Shown: piece after piece, positions 8,104-16,360 of the stretch | Layout: each line of letters opens with the position of its first letter | Numbering within the stretch: position 1 is the first letter of the stretch | Virus record (IMG/VR): IMGVR_UViG_3300005764_000021 | Location: 1 to 56,052 of that record | Direction: 5' to 3' (one strand) | Source of the DNA: a virus | Lineage: Duplodnaviria; Caudoviricetes | DNA length: 56,052 nt | Translations under genes and position numbers: made by a program | The notes under the pieces: generated by a model | Database searches by the model: none | The model's input: only the letters and a program-made list of their open reading frames with translations | What the model was told of the DNA's origin: nothing

Positions 8104-8592
8104 ATGACCATGGCACGCAAAGTGAAACTCAGCAAGGGTGAGAAAGTGAACCGTGACATCGCGCGGTGGGAGGCTAAGCAAGAGGCCGCAGTGATCATGC
8201 TGCGGAAGTCCGCCGAGGAGCTGGTTCGGCTCCGACGCTGGCGCAAGCGAGAACTCGCACGAGAGACGAAGCGAGCGCTCGCAACGCCGAAACCACCGGA
8301 ACCCACACTGACCGACGGGCTAGACATTCCCGCTTCTTTGGCGCGAGATAATGAGCCTGTGGCGCGGCCGGGCCTGGCACCGCAAGGTGGGGCGCGGCTA
8401 GGTTGTGCAGGGCAAGGCAAGGAGGATCGGGCGAGGCGATTACAAACCTTGCCCGATCCGCGTTCGCCCGAGAAGCGTGCCGAGCGCCGGGCGGTCGAGA
8501 AGGAAGTCCGCCAAGCCGAGCTGACGGGCAAGCGGCGCAAGATGCCGCTCTCAGGTGCTGCCGCCGTGAAGCATATCCGGGAAACTCACTAA
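8104..8592 (+). CDS. basic hypothetical protein containing an in-frame pentamer array
   Basis: AGGAG SD; followed by an intrinsic terminator; contains an LDIPASLAR motif. Confidence 0.65.
   Translation: MTMARKVKLSKGEKVNRDIARWEAKQEAAVIMLRKSAEELVRLRRWRKRELARETKRALATPKPPEPTLTDGLDIPASLARDNEPVARPGLAPQGGARLGCAGQGKEDRARRLQTLPDPRSPEKRAERRAVEKEVRQAELTGKRRKMPLSGAAAVKHIRETH
8361..8422. repeat. GGYNN pentamer array 2 (12 units, 2 imperfect)
   Basis: GGCGC GGCCG GGCCT GGCAC cGCAA GGTGG GGCGC GGCTA GGTTG tGCAG GGCAA GGCAA GG. Confidence 0.85.
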
Positions 8593-8598
8593 CAAAAC

Positions 8599-8633
8599 GG
8601 GCTGCAGCTTTACGAGCTGCAGCCCTTCTTTTT
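8599..8633 (+). terminator. intrinsic terminator of the + strand region
   Basis: GGGCTGCAGCT-TTACG-AGCTGCAGCCC then TTCTTTTT, 6 nt after the stop. Confidence 0.9.
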
Positions 8634-8705
8634 ATGCTCTCGTCTTCAGGGTCAGGATCTTCGAGTGCCTCCTCGGCCCGTCGCATTTGGCATCACCTTC
8701 CTTTC

Positions 8706-8742
8706 AAAAAATAACCCGGCTGTGGACGACGTTCCAGCCGGG
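8706..8742 (-). terminator. intrinsic terminator of the late (-) operon
   Basis: CCCGGCTG/CAGCCGGG stem (8715-22/8735-42) followed on - by TTATTTTTT. Confidence 0.75.
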
Positions 8743-8792
8743 CTTAAGTTGGGACGTTAGACAGAGACTCAGTCAGTCTATCGGGCAGCGCC

Positions 8793-8966
8793 TCATCGGT
8801 GCAACGGCGGCCCAAAAACCTGCCACCCCAAAAGCAGAAACAGAATGAACAGCAGCACGGCATTGCCGCTGACCGCATAGGTGCCCGCGACCATGCCGAA
8901 GTGAGTCAAGAGGCCGAAGACCAACCACACAAGCATGAGGATCCAGTAGCAGAGACCAAGGGTCAT
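8793..8966 (-). CDS. 57-aa two-TM membrane protein (holin candidate)
   Basis: MTLGLCYWILMLVWLVFGLL...AVLLFILFLLLGWQVFGPPLHR; ATGA overlap; not in ORF track. Confidence 0.7.
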   Translation of the reverse strand: MTLGLCYWILMLVWLVFGLLTHFGMVAGTYAVSGNAVLLFILFLLLGWQVFGPPLHR

Positions 8967-9151
8967 AGCTCTCTCCCTTTGCTCGTCTGGATGAAGTCGG
9001 CCGCTCGCTCCATCTCTTCGGTTAGCTCGTTGATCAAATCATCAAGCTCAAGCTCATCGCTCGCGTTCGACGCCTGGCGAAGTTTGTCTGCCAGATCGCC
9101 GACACGAGCGATGAAGCCCTCAAGGGTTGCAGCGTACCCCTGATCGTTCAT
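8963..9151 (-). CDS. small acidic helical protein
   Basis: Starts immediately after the previous stop (TAAATG). Confidence 0.6.
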   Translation of the reverse strand: MNDQGYAATLEGFIARVGDLADKLRQASNASDELELDDLINELTEEMERAADFIQTSKGREL

Positions 9152-9799
9152 TTACCTGCTTGGTGTCGGTGTGCCGGGATGGGTCTCCGACGGCACGACC
9201 GCTACGCCCCAGCCGCTGGCGGGGCTCCAGTAAGTCTTAACGTCCCAGTTCTCCAGCACCGTCGGTTTCTCGGGTTCCGGCGGGATCACGATTGGATGCG
9301 CCGGTACTCCCGGCACCCCCGAACTCGGCGGGATGTAGATCGGGTGTTCCGGCACGCCAGGGATAGTTCCCGGCGGCAAATAGATCGGCGGCGTTGGCAT
9401 TGGCACGTTGCCACCTCCCCAGATGCCGAGCGGTGGCCCACCGGGATGGAACGGCGGTTGTGGCCACGGGCCGGGCGGTCCCGAGATTACCGGCGGATAG
9501 TAGATCGGTGGGCTGACTACTCCGGGCGGCGGCTGCGGGATGTGGATGGGCGGGCTCGGCCACGGGCCGGGCGGTCCTGAGATGCTGGGCGGATAATAAA
9601 TCGGTGGGGACACAACGCCAGCCGGTGGCCAAATCCCAGGAGGGGGTCCGCCGGGATGGAACGGGGGTTGCGGCCAAGGACCGGGTGGGCCCCAGATGCC
9701 GGGCGGCTGGCCGCCACCTCCTGCGGGCGGCAACGGATAGCCAACGCTCAAGCCGCTGTAGGATAACTCGCCGACGATAGTGACAGGGATACCTGCCAT
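9152..9799 (-). CDS. proline/glycine-rich repeat protein (215 aa)
   Basis: AGGAG SD; repeats GPPGPWPQPPFHPGGPP x2, GVVSPPIYYPP x2, GVPxHPIxIPP x2. Confidence 0.8.
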   Translation of the reverse strand: MAGIPVTIVGELSYSGLSVGYPLPPAGGGGQPPGIWGPPGPWPQPPFHPGGPPPGIWPPAGVVSPPIYYPPSISGPPGPWPSPPIHIPQPPPGVVSPPIYYPPVISGPPGPWPQPPFHPGGPPLGIWGGGNVPMPTPPIYLPPGTIPGVPEHPIYIPPSSGVPGVPAHPIVIPPEPEKPTVLENWDVKTYWSPASGWGVAVVPSETHPGTPTPSR

Positions 9800-9935
9800 G
9801 GTTAGGTCTCCTATTTACAGGTCAGTGATGTTGACGGGAATCGGTACGCAGGGACTACGCTGCAACGACTTCATTGCAAGCGTATTACGACGGCTTTGGC
9901 AAGATCGTTTCTTTAGCTTGTGCAAAACTCATCTC

Positions 9936-10136
9936 TCATGATTTCGGCCCGCATTGCTCAAGCGTTGCTTTGAGCAGCTCCTGCCAACGCTCGCCGTTGG
10001 TGTGCTGGATGTACGTCACCATGCCGAGGAACAATAGATTGAAGATCACCAGCGCAAGCATTGCCGGTGTCGACTTCAACGCCTCGACCACCGTGCGCGC
10101 GGTCTCGCCTGCCTCGTGACCGACACCGGGAGTCAT
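9936..10136 (-). CDS. small single-TM protein (lysis region)
   Basis: MLALVIFNLLFLGMVTYI; ATGA overlap. Confidence 0.7.
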   Translation of the reverse strand: MTPGVGHEAGETARTVVEALKSTPAMLALVIFNLLFLGMVTYIQHTNGERWQELLKATLEQCGPKS

Positions 10137-10543
10137 GGCCGCTGGCCTTTTTTTCGTTCCAACTCCTCTTGCGATGCTTTCTCACGCGCGTCGATGGCAT
10201 CTTGGATTTTGACGTAATACTTACGCATGTTTTTAGCGCCAACGATGGCGCGTTCACCCGCCCCTGGATCACCCGCGCGAAGGATCGTGAGAAACAGATG
10301 CTTGACGTGCTCCTTGTAAGCGTCGTCGAGTGCCTCGCGGTCGAGCGCAAACATCCGACTGTCCCAGGTCGACGCGGGCTCGCCGGGGATCGCCGATTGC
10401 AGACGCGGTCCTTGCGCGCCCTCGGCTTGATCCCACGCCCCGCTGAAAAAACCGTAGGCGGCGAGCGCAAATAGGATGATGAGCACGATGATCATCGTCA
10501 GCGCCACGCGATGACCGATCGACATATCTTCAAGAAGCTTCAT
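10133..10543 (-). CDS. N-terminal TM protein with helical C-terminal domain (spanin-like candidate)
   Basis: TM VALTMIIVLIILFALAAYGFF; located downstream of the endolysin. Confidence 0.65.
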   Translation of the reverse strand: MKLLEDMSIGHRVALTMIIVLIILFALAAYGFFSGAWDQAEGAQGPRLQSAIPGEPASTWDSRMFALDREALDDAYKEHVKHLFLTILRAGDPGAGERAIVGAKNMRKYYVKIQDAIDAREKASQEELERKKGQRP

Positions 10544-10653
10544 TGCTCGATCAGATCAAAGAATAGCACGAACAGCGCGATGATCAGCGCCAAGATCGCG
10601 GCCGAGATCAATACTTGCCGCCAAGCTGGAAGCGAACGCCACCATTGCATCAT
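10540..10653 (-). CDS. 37-aa single-TM peptide
   Basis: MMQWWRSLPAWRQVLISAAILALIIALFVLFFDLIEQ; ATGA overlaps at both ends. Confidence 0.65.
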   Translation of the reverse strand: MMQWWRSLPAWRQVLISAAILALIIALFVLFFDLIEQ

Positions 10654-12233
10654 GCGATTTCCGGCTCACTCTCATTCATGTAATCCTCCACGGCCTTGAA
10701 CATCTCATCGGCCTCGCGTTTGAGTGTGACCTCGAATCGAATGACCGGGCCATAGTGATTGCACAAGTTTCGCAGCGTGAGCGCGTGCGCTTCGACAGAA
10801 AACGCAGGGGCGTTTTTCGATAACGCCTGAAAGTCCGCGCCGCGACCGCTGCCGTAGTTTTCCCAATCTGCTGACGAGCATGACACGCCCTCGCTCCATG
10901 CATCGAGATATCCCGGCGACAAGCCTTCCAGATATTCGTCCATCAGATTATCGAATTCAGGATTGCTGGCGTTGCTCGCATTATAGCTCGTTTGAAAGGC
11001 CCCGGCTTCGCACGTGTCCGAGCTTTGGCTCGACGATCCCGCAGATGTATCCCTTCCCACACAGTGCTGCCCGCTACTTTCTCTCATTCCGCTACCGAGC
11101 ATGAATGCATAGAGATGCCGCAGCGTATCGATGCCAGCTGTCTCGTTCGACATGTCTTCGTCTTCGAATTCTTCGCGCCACAAGTTGAGCACGTCCTTGT
11201 CGGAATCAGTGCGCGCCTTCGCCATCTCGACCGCTGCAGGATGATCGGCTTTGAGCTTCTTGTAAGTTTGCGCGAACGATAGCGCCATGCCCTGAGTGAA
11301 CCCTGTTGGCGCGACGCCGCGATCGGGCCAACTGTAGTCCGCGATCTCGCTCCCGTTGGCGATGCGCATGACGATTACTTGCTGGTCGGGCGTGAGCGCG
11401 CCGGGCGGCGGCGGTGGCGGCGGCACGGGGAGCTTGTGCGTGTATAGTGCTTCCCACGTAAGCGGTCCACAAATGCCGTCAGCTTCGAGGCCGCGCGAAC
11501 GCTGATAACGTACAACATTCTCGTAAGTTGTCGGTCCAAAATCACCGTCAAACTCCCCCGTAAACCTTGGAATCATTCTCTGCATGTCGACGACATCGTC
11601 GCCGCTATCACCCTGCCGCAGCGTCGGCCGCTCATCGATTGGCACGCGCTCGGGCCGCTGCGGACGTTCGGGCCGCTGACCTACCGGCGGCGGCTCGGTG
11701 CCGATCACAACGCCGCCGATGGTCTGTGCTATCGCTCGTGCGATGTCTTCGAAATGTTGCTGATAGCGGTCGACGTCGCCGCGTGCATTTACGAACGCGA
11801 CCTCGATTAGTTGAGCTGGCATTTCGGTCTCGCGGACCCACCTCAAATGAGTGCCATCTTTTGCGCCCCGGTCTGTCAAACCGGATGCGATTGCAATCTC
11901 AGCCGAGATGTCTGCGGCCAGGTCGCGGTCGGAGCCGTAGTAGACTTCGACCCCGCGAGTGCCGTCAGTGTCGCCGTCGTGATTGAAATGGATCGAGACG
12001 TCCCTATCGCGCGTGCGCTTGTTGTGCTCGGAGATCAGCCAATTCAAATTCTGGTCTTGGTTCGTGCTGTGCGAATCGATCACGATGTCGCAGCTCACGC
12101 CAGCGGCATTGAGCAGCTCGCCGACACGACGTGTCACTCGCACATTTTCATCGTATTCATCCAAGCCCCAAGGATCCGGTCCATCGGCACCACGCACGAT
12201 GGCTGAGTGTCCGGCGGATATGACAATCCTCAT
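10650..12233 (-). CDS. endolysin: Amidase_3 + peptidoglycan-binding domain + lysozyme-like C-terminal domain
   Basis: Start moved to ATG 12233; ISAGH...E...SIHFN...LIEVAFVN amidase motifs; DGDFGPTT...ADGICGPLTW PG-binding; MRESSG...GAFQ. Confidence 0.9.
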   Translation of the reverse strand: MRIVISAGHSAIVRGADGPDPWGLDEYDENVRVTRRVGELLNAAGVSCDIVIDSHSTNQDQNLNWLISEHNKRTRDRDVSIHFNHDGDTDGTRGVEVYYGSDRDLAADISAEIAIASGLTDRGAKDGTHLRWVRETEMPAQLIEVAFVNARGDVDRYQQHFEDIARAIAQTIGGVVIGTEPPPVGQRPERPQRPERVPIDERPTLRQGDSGDDVVDMQRMIPRFTGEFDGDFGPTTYENVVRYQRSRGLEADGICGPLTWEALYTHKLPVPPPPPPPGALTPDQQVIVMRIANGSEIADYSWPDRGVAPTGFTQGMALSFAQTYKKLKADHPAAVEMAKARTDSDKDVLNLWREEFEDEDMSNETAGIDTLRHLYAFMLGSGMRESSGQHCVGRDTSAGSSSQSSDTCEAGAFQTSYNASNASNPEFDNLMDEYLEGLSPGYLDAWSEGVSCSSADWENYGSGRGADFQALSKNAPAFSVEAHALTLRNLCNHYGPVIRFEVTLKREADEMFKAVEDYMNESEPEIA

Positions 12234-13006
12234 GGCGCAATCTCCATTGCCGTCATCCAGGTCCCGGCCGCACTTCCAAAGGCATGGAATGGCGTAGGCG
12301 TCTGCGTCGTCGAGTTCATCCGCAGTATGCAGTTGGACCCGCTCGCACCGACGCGAAGCGTGTATTGCCTCTGCGCGCCAGCGGGAGAGTCCTCGGCATA
12401 GAACACGAAGCCGGTGCCGCCTTCCTGCGTCGCAGTGTTGTTGATGGCCGTCGTGAAAAACATCCCGGCATTCAAGGCATTCGCGGAACCGGATGAGAAC
12501 ACGGCCCAGATGCCGCAATTGCCAGCAACCGAGTTATCGATGAAATAGGCAAAGCCTACGCCGAACAACCGGACCTTGCTGGTAGTGAGCTTCGGCACAA
12601 TCGTAATGCCGAGGAGTTCCGTGCCTTCGTTGTTCTGCGGAATCGTATCATCGCGTGGAATGATTCCCGCAATTGCATCGGCGAGCTTATAGACGGCCGA
12701 GAAGCTCTGGACGACATAACCGCTCTGAAAAACGACGCCCAGTCCGATGTCATCGAGCGTCGTCGGCGAAGAGAAGCGCGCGACATGGCCCACGGTGACC
12801 GGCGTCACGATGCTCATCACGCCCGGCGCGCCTTGTGGCCCTGGTGGTCCTTGCGCCCCGTCGACGCCTTTGCCGCCGGTCGGGCCGACGGTGCCGACAA
12901 GACCTGGCGGCCCTTGCGGCCCTTGAATGCCGCGCGGCCCTTGCGTGGCAGCGGGATTGATCTCTGCTTCGCCGTAGCCGCTGACGGGAATGGGACCGTT
13001 GCTCAC
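12230..13006 (-). CDS. short collagen-containing fibre protein (paralogue B)
   Basis: Gly-X-Y run, then a beta-rich head with [13 protein letters not shown]. Confidence 0.75.
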   Translation of the reverse strand: MSNGPIPVSGYGEAEINPAATQGPRGIQGPQGPPGLVGTVGPTGGKGVDGAQGPPGPQGAPGVMSIVTPVTVGHVARFSSPTTLDDIGLGVVFQSGYVVQSFSAVYKLADAIAGIIPRDDTIPQNNEGTELLGITIVPKLTTSKVRLFGVGFAYFIDNSVAGNCGIWAVFSSGSANALNAGMFFTTAINNTATQEGGTGFVFYAEDSPAGAQRQYTLRVGASGSNCILRMNSTTQTPTPFHAFGSAAGTWMTAMEIAP

Positions 13007-13731
13007 GCCTGCAGCTCCTCGACGATCAGATACGCGGCCGACGCGCCGCCGAAATATCGAAAGCCCGTTGAGCCATTGAGCCGCAGATTGCCGCCGCCGC
13101 TAAGCCCGCAGCGCACGCTGTATGTGACCGGGGTGATGACACCTGGCACATGCTCGACGTTGAAAGAAAAGCCCTGGAAGTTGTTGAGCATCGTCGCGCC
13201 GAAAAATGCACCGGCTGCAATCGCGTTGGCCGAGAGCGAGGAAAAGACAGAGTAGATCGCCACCGAGGAGGTGTCTGCGGCCCCCCAGCCGTGGCCGCGT
13301 ACTCTGATCCTGTTGTTGACGTTCGACGGCGTGATGGACACCGAAAGGATTTGTGAACCTTCGGTGTTCTGCGGCGGCGTATCGTCCAGCGGGATGGTGC
13401 CAATCAGCGCGGCATTGAGCGCGTAGGTCGCCGATTTCGATTGCAGCACAGTGCCGGAAGCCAGCAGCATGGCGACGACGCCGCTGTCGGTGATGCTGGT
13501 CGCACCGCTGAATTTGGCAAGATTGCCGACAACCGGCGTTGTGCCGGTCACGGATACGTTGCCAGCAGCGCCTTGAGTGCCCTGTGGGCCCGTTGGCCCT
13601 ACCGCGCCTTGCGGGCCGATAGGACCCGCGCTTCCTTGCGGGCCGATGGGTCCAATGGGTCCAGGAGCGCCGCGCGGCCCCTGCGGCGGCATGACGAGGA
13701 TGTAGTGCGGACCTGGATCAATGATCGTCAT
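13003..13731 (-). CDS. short collagen-containing fibre protein (paralogue A)
   Basis: Gly-X-Y run, then a head with [13 protein letters not shown]. Confidence 0.75.
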   Translation of the reverse strand: MTIIDPGPHYILVMPPQGPRGAPGPIGPIGPQGSAGPIGPQGAVGPTGPQGTQGAAGNVSVTGTTPVVGNLAKFSGATSITDSGVVAMLLASGTVLQSKSATYALNAALIGTIPLDDTPPQNTEGSQILSVSITPSNVNNRIRVRGHGWGAADTSSVAIYSVFSSLSANAIAAGAFFGATMLNNFQGFSFNVEHVPGVITPVTYSVRCGLSGGGNLRLNGSTGFRYFGGASAAYLIVEELQA

Positions 13732-14138
13732 TGTTTGCTCGCGAAAGGAGATGCGCCAGTGATGACGTCCGACGCCGCTCGGGTCGTGCCTTCAACGACT
13801 GCGACTGGGCTCGCATCCCAGAGCCGTTCGGCGGCCCCGTCGGGCCGATAGCGAATGAGATCGGACACGTAGTTGCCAGGAAAGAGCCGCGCGAGCTTGG
13901 CGCGTGTAATGACGATGCTGAACATGCCGTTGTGCGCATCGTCGAGCTGGATACCATCGTCCGGTGTCTGTACCGTGACTGTTGCCTCGTTGTCGTCGTC
14001 GTTCTTGCGGATAAACATACGAAAATCGCTGCCGGTGAGATCAATTGGATTCACGCCATCAGTAAGCTGAAAGCCAGCGATCCAATCGGCATTCTTGGCG
14101 ATGTTCATTTGGCCAGCGAAGAATGCGGGTCCAGCCAT
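13728..14138 (-). CDS. virion structural protein, BppU-N-like adaptor
   Basis: [14 protein letters not shown]...GMFSIVI...GNYVSDL pattern; GAGGAG SD. Confidence 0.65.
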   Translation of the reverse strand: MAGPAFFAGQMNIAKNADWIAGFQLTDGVNPIDLTGSDFRMFIRKNDDDNEATVTVQTPDDGIQLDDAHNGMFSIVITRAKLARLFPGNYVSDLIRYRPDGAAERLWDASPVAVVEGTTRAASDVITGASPFASKQ

Positions 14139-14150
14139 TGCGATTTCTCC

Positions 14151-15479
14151 TCACACGTACCAAGCGCCATGGGCGGCAGGGTCGGCCGTGTTTGGTGCTG
14201 GGGTTCCTGCAAGTCCACCGGGCAAGTAGCCAGCCCCTGCGCCGTTTGTCTGGATAACGGAATTAAGATTGGCCCAATACTTTGAGGTTCCAGAATCGCC
14301 GGTCGCACCCGTGAAGGTGGTTCCGTAGAAGTTCATCTGGCCATTGTTCACGCACCTCGCGAAGTAGGTGAAACGCGGCGGCGTGCTCGTCAGCGTGAAG
14401 GTTGCATTTTGTGTGTACAGATTCCCGCCTTCTGCATCGAGGCATGAACCATTGATGCCGCCGGTCGTGCCATCGAGCAATATCGGCCCATCGATGAAGA
14501 TCGAACTGCCCGGCAGCGAGACGATCCAGGCGTATGCTGCCATGCTCGTCGAGGCGCGGAAGTTGCAATAGGCGATGTCGAGCTGCGCGCTGCCGATGGC
14601 TGCGAGTGTATTGGTCACGCCGCCTGTGTTCACCATCGTGAAACCGCGGAGAAATACCGACGCGGACGTTGACGCGAATACGGCAGTGTCGGCGGCGGAC
14701 CCGCCAGCCTGGCAGATGTAGTTGGATGGGTTGTTGATGTCCCCCATGATCGTGAGAATGCCGGGCGTCTGCGGGACCTTCCATGTGCCGGTGTAGGTCC
14801 CGGCCACGCCGAACTGGATGGTGATGGTGCGGCCCGCCGCGATGAACCGTTGCACGATCATGTTGATCGCAGCTTGAACCGTCAGCAGCGCGTGCTGCGG
14901 ATTGTTCGCCATGCCGTCGTTGGCATCGTTGCCATCGATGCGGACCCAGATTGTTGCGGGCGGCAGAATGTAGTCGTTCATGTCGCTGGCGAGAAAAGCC
15001 ATCGTCCTGAATTGCGTACCGTCGTAGGCAAACTCATAAAGCCCGTTAGGAACAAGGTCACCCTTGGCGACCGGCAGACCGTTGCGACGGCGGATGAACT
15101 GCGCGCCCATGCCATTGAGCGAGAGCGTCGGGGTGGTCGTAAGATTGGTCGAGCTGGTTTTCAAAATCCGCACGGTGAGCCCGGTCATGTAGAGGCCAGG
15201 ATTGGGCGTGAGCGTCGATACCATTGCATCGGCGCTACCGGTATCGACGCCGTAGATGACCTTGCCCGACTGGACCGACTGCGCGACCTGCGAACCGTTG
15301 ATGGTCGGGTCCGGCGTGTAGCCGCCATCAATGACAAGGTTCTGAAGCTCGCGCAACGTTTGCTCAAAGCCGTGGAATGACGGGATCGAGCCTTGCACGC
15401 CAATCGACGGATTACCGTTGACATAGCTGTCGTTGCCGTTAATGCCGCCCGTGCTGTTCAATGGTCCCCAATATTTCAT
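14151..15479 (-). CDS. tail fibre/spike protein (baseplate-attachment N-terminus, beta-helix-like C-terminus)
   Basis: Follows the gp48-like gene; GSIP...RELQNLVIDGGYTPD N-terminus; WVRIDGNDANDG motif. Confidence 0.75.
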   Translation of the reverse strand: MKYWGPLNSTGGINGNDSYVNGNPSIGVQGSIPSFHGFEQTLRELQNLVIDGGYTPDPTINGSQVAQSVQSGKVIYGVDTGSADAMVSTLTPNPGLYMTGLTVRILKTSSTNLTTTPTLSLNGMGAQFIRRRNGLPVAKGDLVPNGLYEFAYDGTQFRTMAFLASDMNDYILPPATIWVRIDGNDANDGMANNPQHALLTVQAAINMIVQRFIAAGRTITIQFGVAGTYTGTWKVPQTPGILTIMGDINNPSNYICQAGGSAADTAVFASTSASVFLRGFTMVNTGGVTNTLAAIGSAQLDIAYCNFRASTSMAAYAWIVSLPGSSIFIDGPILLDGTTGGINGSCLDAEGGNLYTQNATFTLTSTPPRFTYFARCVNNGQMNFYGTTFTGATGDSGTSKYWANLNSVIQTNGAGAGYLPGGLAGTPAPNTADPAAHGAWYV

Positions 15480-15499
15480 GACTCGTGCTCCTTCATCAT

Positions 15500-16357
15500 T
15501 CAGGCTGCTATTGGCATCGGCCCTTGCGTAGGCGGATAACCGGGGGAATCGATCGGCGGCAGCGAGCCAAGATCAGGCACATCATTCGGCGAGGTTTGTA
15601 GTTCGCTCGCGGCAAACGTCGTGCCGCCCTGCGAGAAATCGAAGATCAGCGCGGTTTGTGCAGGCTTCCAGCGCAGGAAGATGCATTCTCTATTGAAAGG
15701 AATATCGATGATGAGGTGATGCTGATCGCCGAAGTCCGCGACGCCAAACTGCCACCAGTCATAGGGGATATCGTCGTACTCTATCGTCCAGTAGAAGCGT
15801 ATCTCTGGTTGACCGATCTCCCATTTAACGCCGCCATAGCCGTCGTCGGTCATGCCGAACACGCTGATGCCGAACATCCACGGTGCGTGCTCGTGAATTT
15901 TAATCGGGAAGCCGAGAAACTGCGCGATGTCATAAAAGAACTGGCGCGACTGCCCGCCGAGCATCGTCATCCAACCGACGAGTACTTTGCGCCTCTCATC
16001 GTCGGTGGTGGGCGATGCCCAGCACGGATCCGGCAAGCCCCAATTTCGCTCCCAGTCGGGCAGCAGCTCGCTAGTGGTGCGCGGATCGCTTTCGACCAAT
16101 AGCAGGTCACCCGCGCGTTGATCGACATAGCCCCAGTAGTCGCACAGCCCGAGAACGACATCGTAGAGAACCGATCCAGGCGTCTTCGGCCATGCCTGGC
16201 CTTGCGGCAATAGCGTCAGGAATTGATGGCTGTAATCAGAACCGATGCGCCGGATGTAAGTGTCCCAAGTGGGCTCAATGGTCTGCAGCTTGGTCGGCAA
16301 ATGCCAGACATCAAAGACATTCCCCTGGAAAATATTCTCTTGAAAGACACCGGGCAT
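15500..16357 (-). CDS. baseplate wedge protein, Mu gp48/YmfQ (DUF2313)-like
   Basis: LLPQGQAWP, ESDPRTTSELLPDWERNWGLPD, GGQSRQFF, WKPAQT. Confidence 0.9.
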   Translation of the reverse strand: MPGVFQENIFQGNVFDVWHLPTKLQTIEPTWDTYIRRIGSDYSHQFLTLLPQGQAWPKTPGSVLYDVVLGLCDYWGYVDQRAGDLLLVESDPRTTSELLPDWERNWGLPDPCWASPTTDDERRKVLVGWMTMLGGQSRQFFYDIAQFLGFPIKIHEHAPWMFGISVFGMTDDGYGGVKWEIGQPEIRFYWTIEYDDIPYDWWQFGVADFGDQHHLIIDIPFNRECIFLRWKPAQTALIFDFSQGGTTFAASELQTSPNDVPDLGSLPPIDSPGYPPTQGPMPIAA

Positions 16358-16360
16358 TGA

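Noticed and set aside
12234-12518. N-terminal extension of the endolysin ORF
   Set aside because: Lies inside the upstream fibre gene; the amidase begins at ATG 12233 with ATGA coupling
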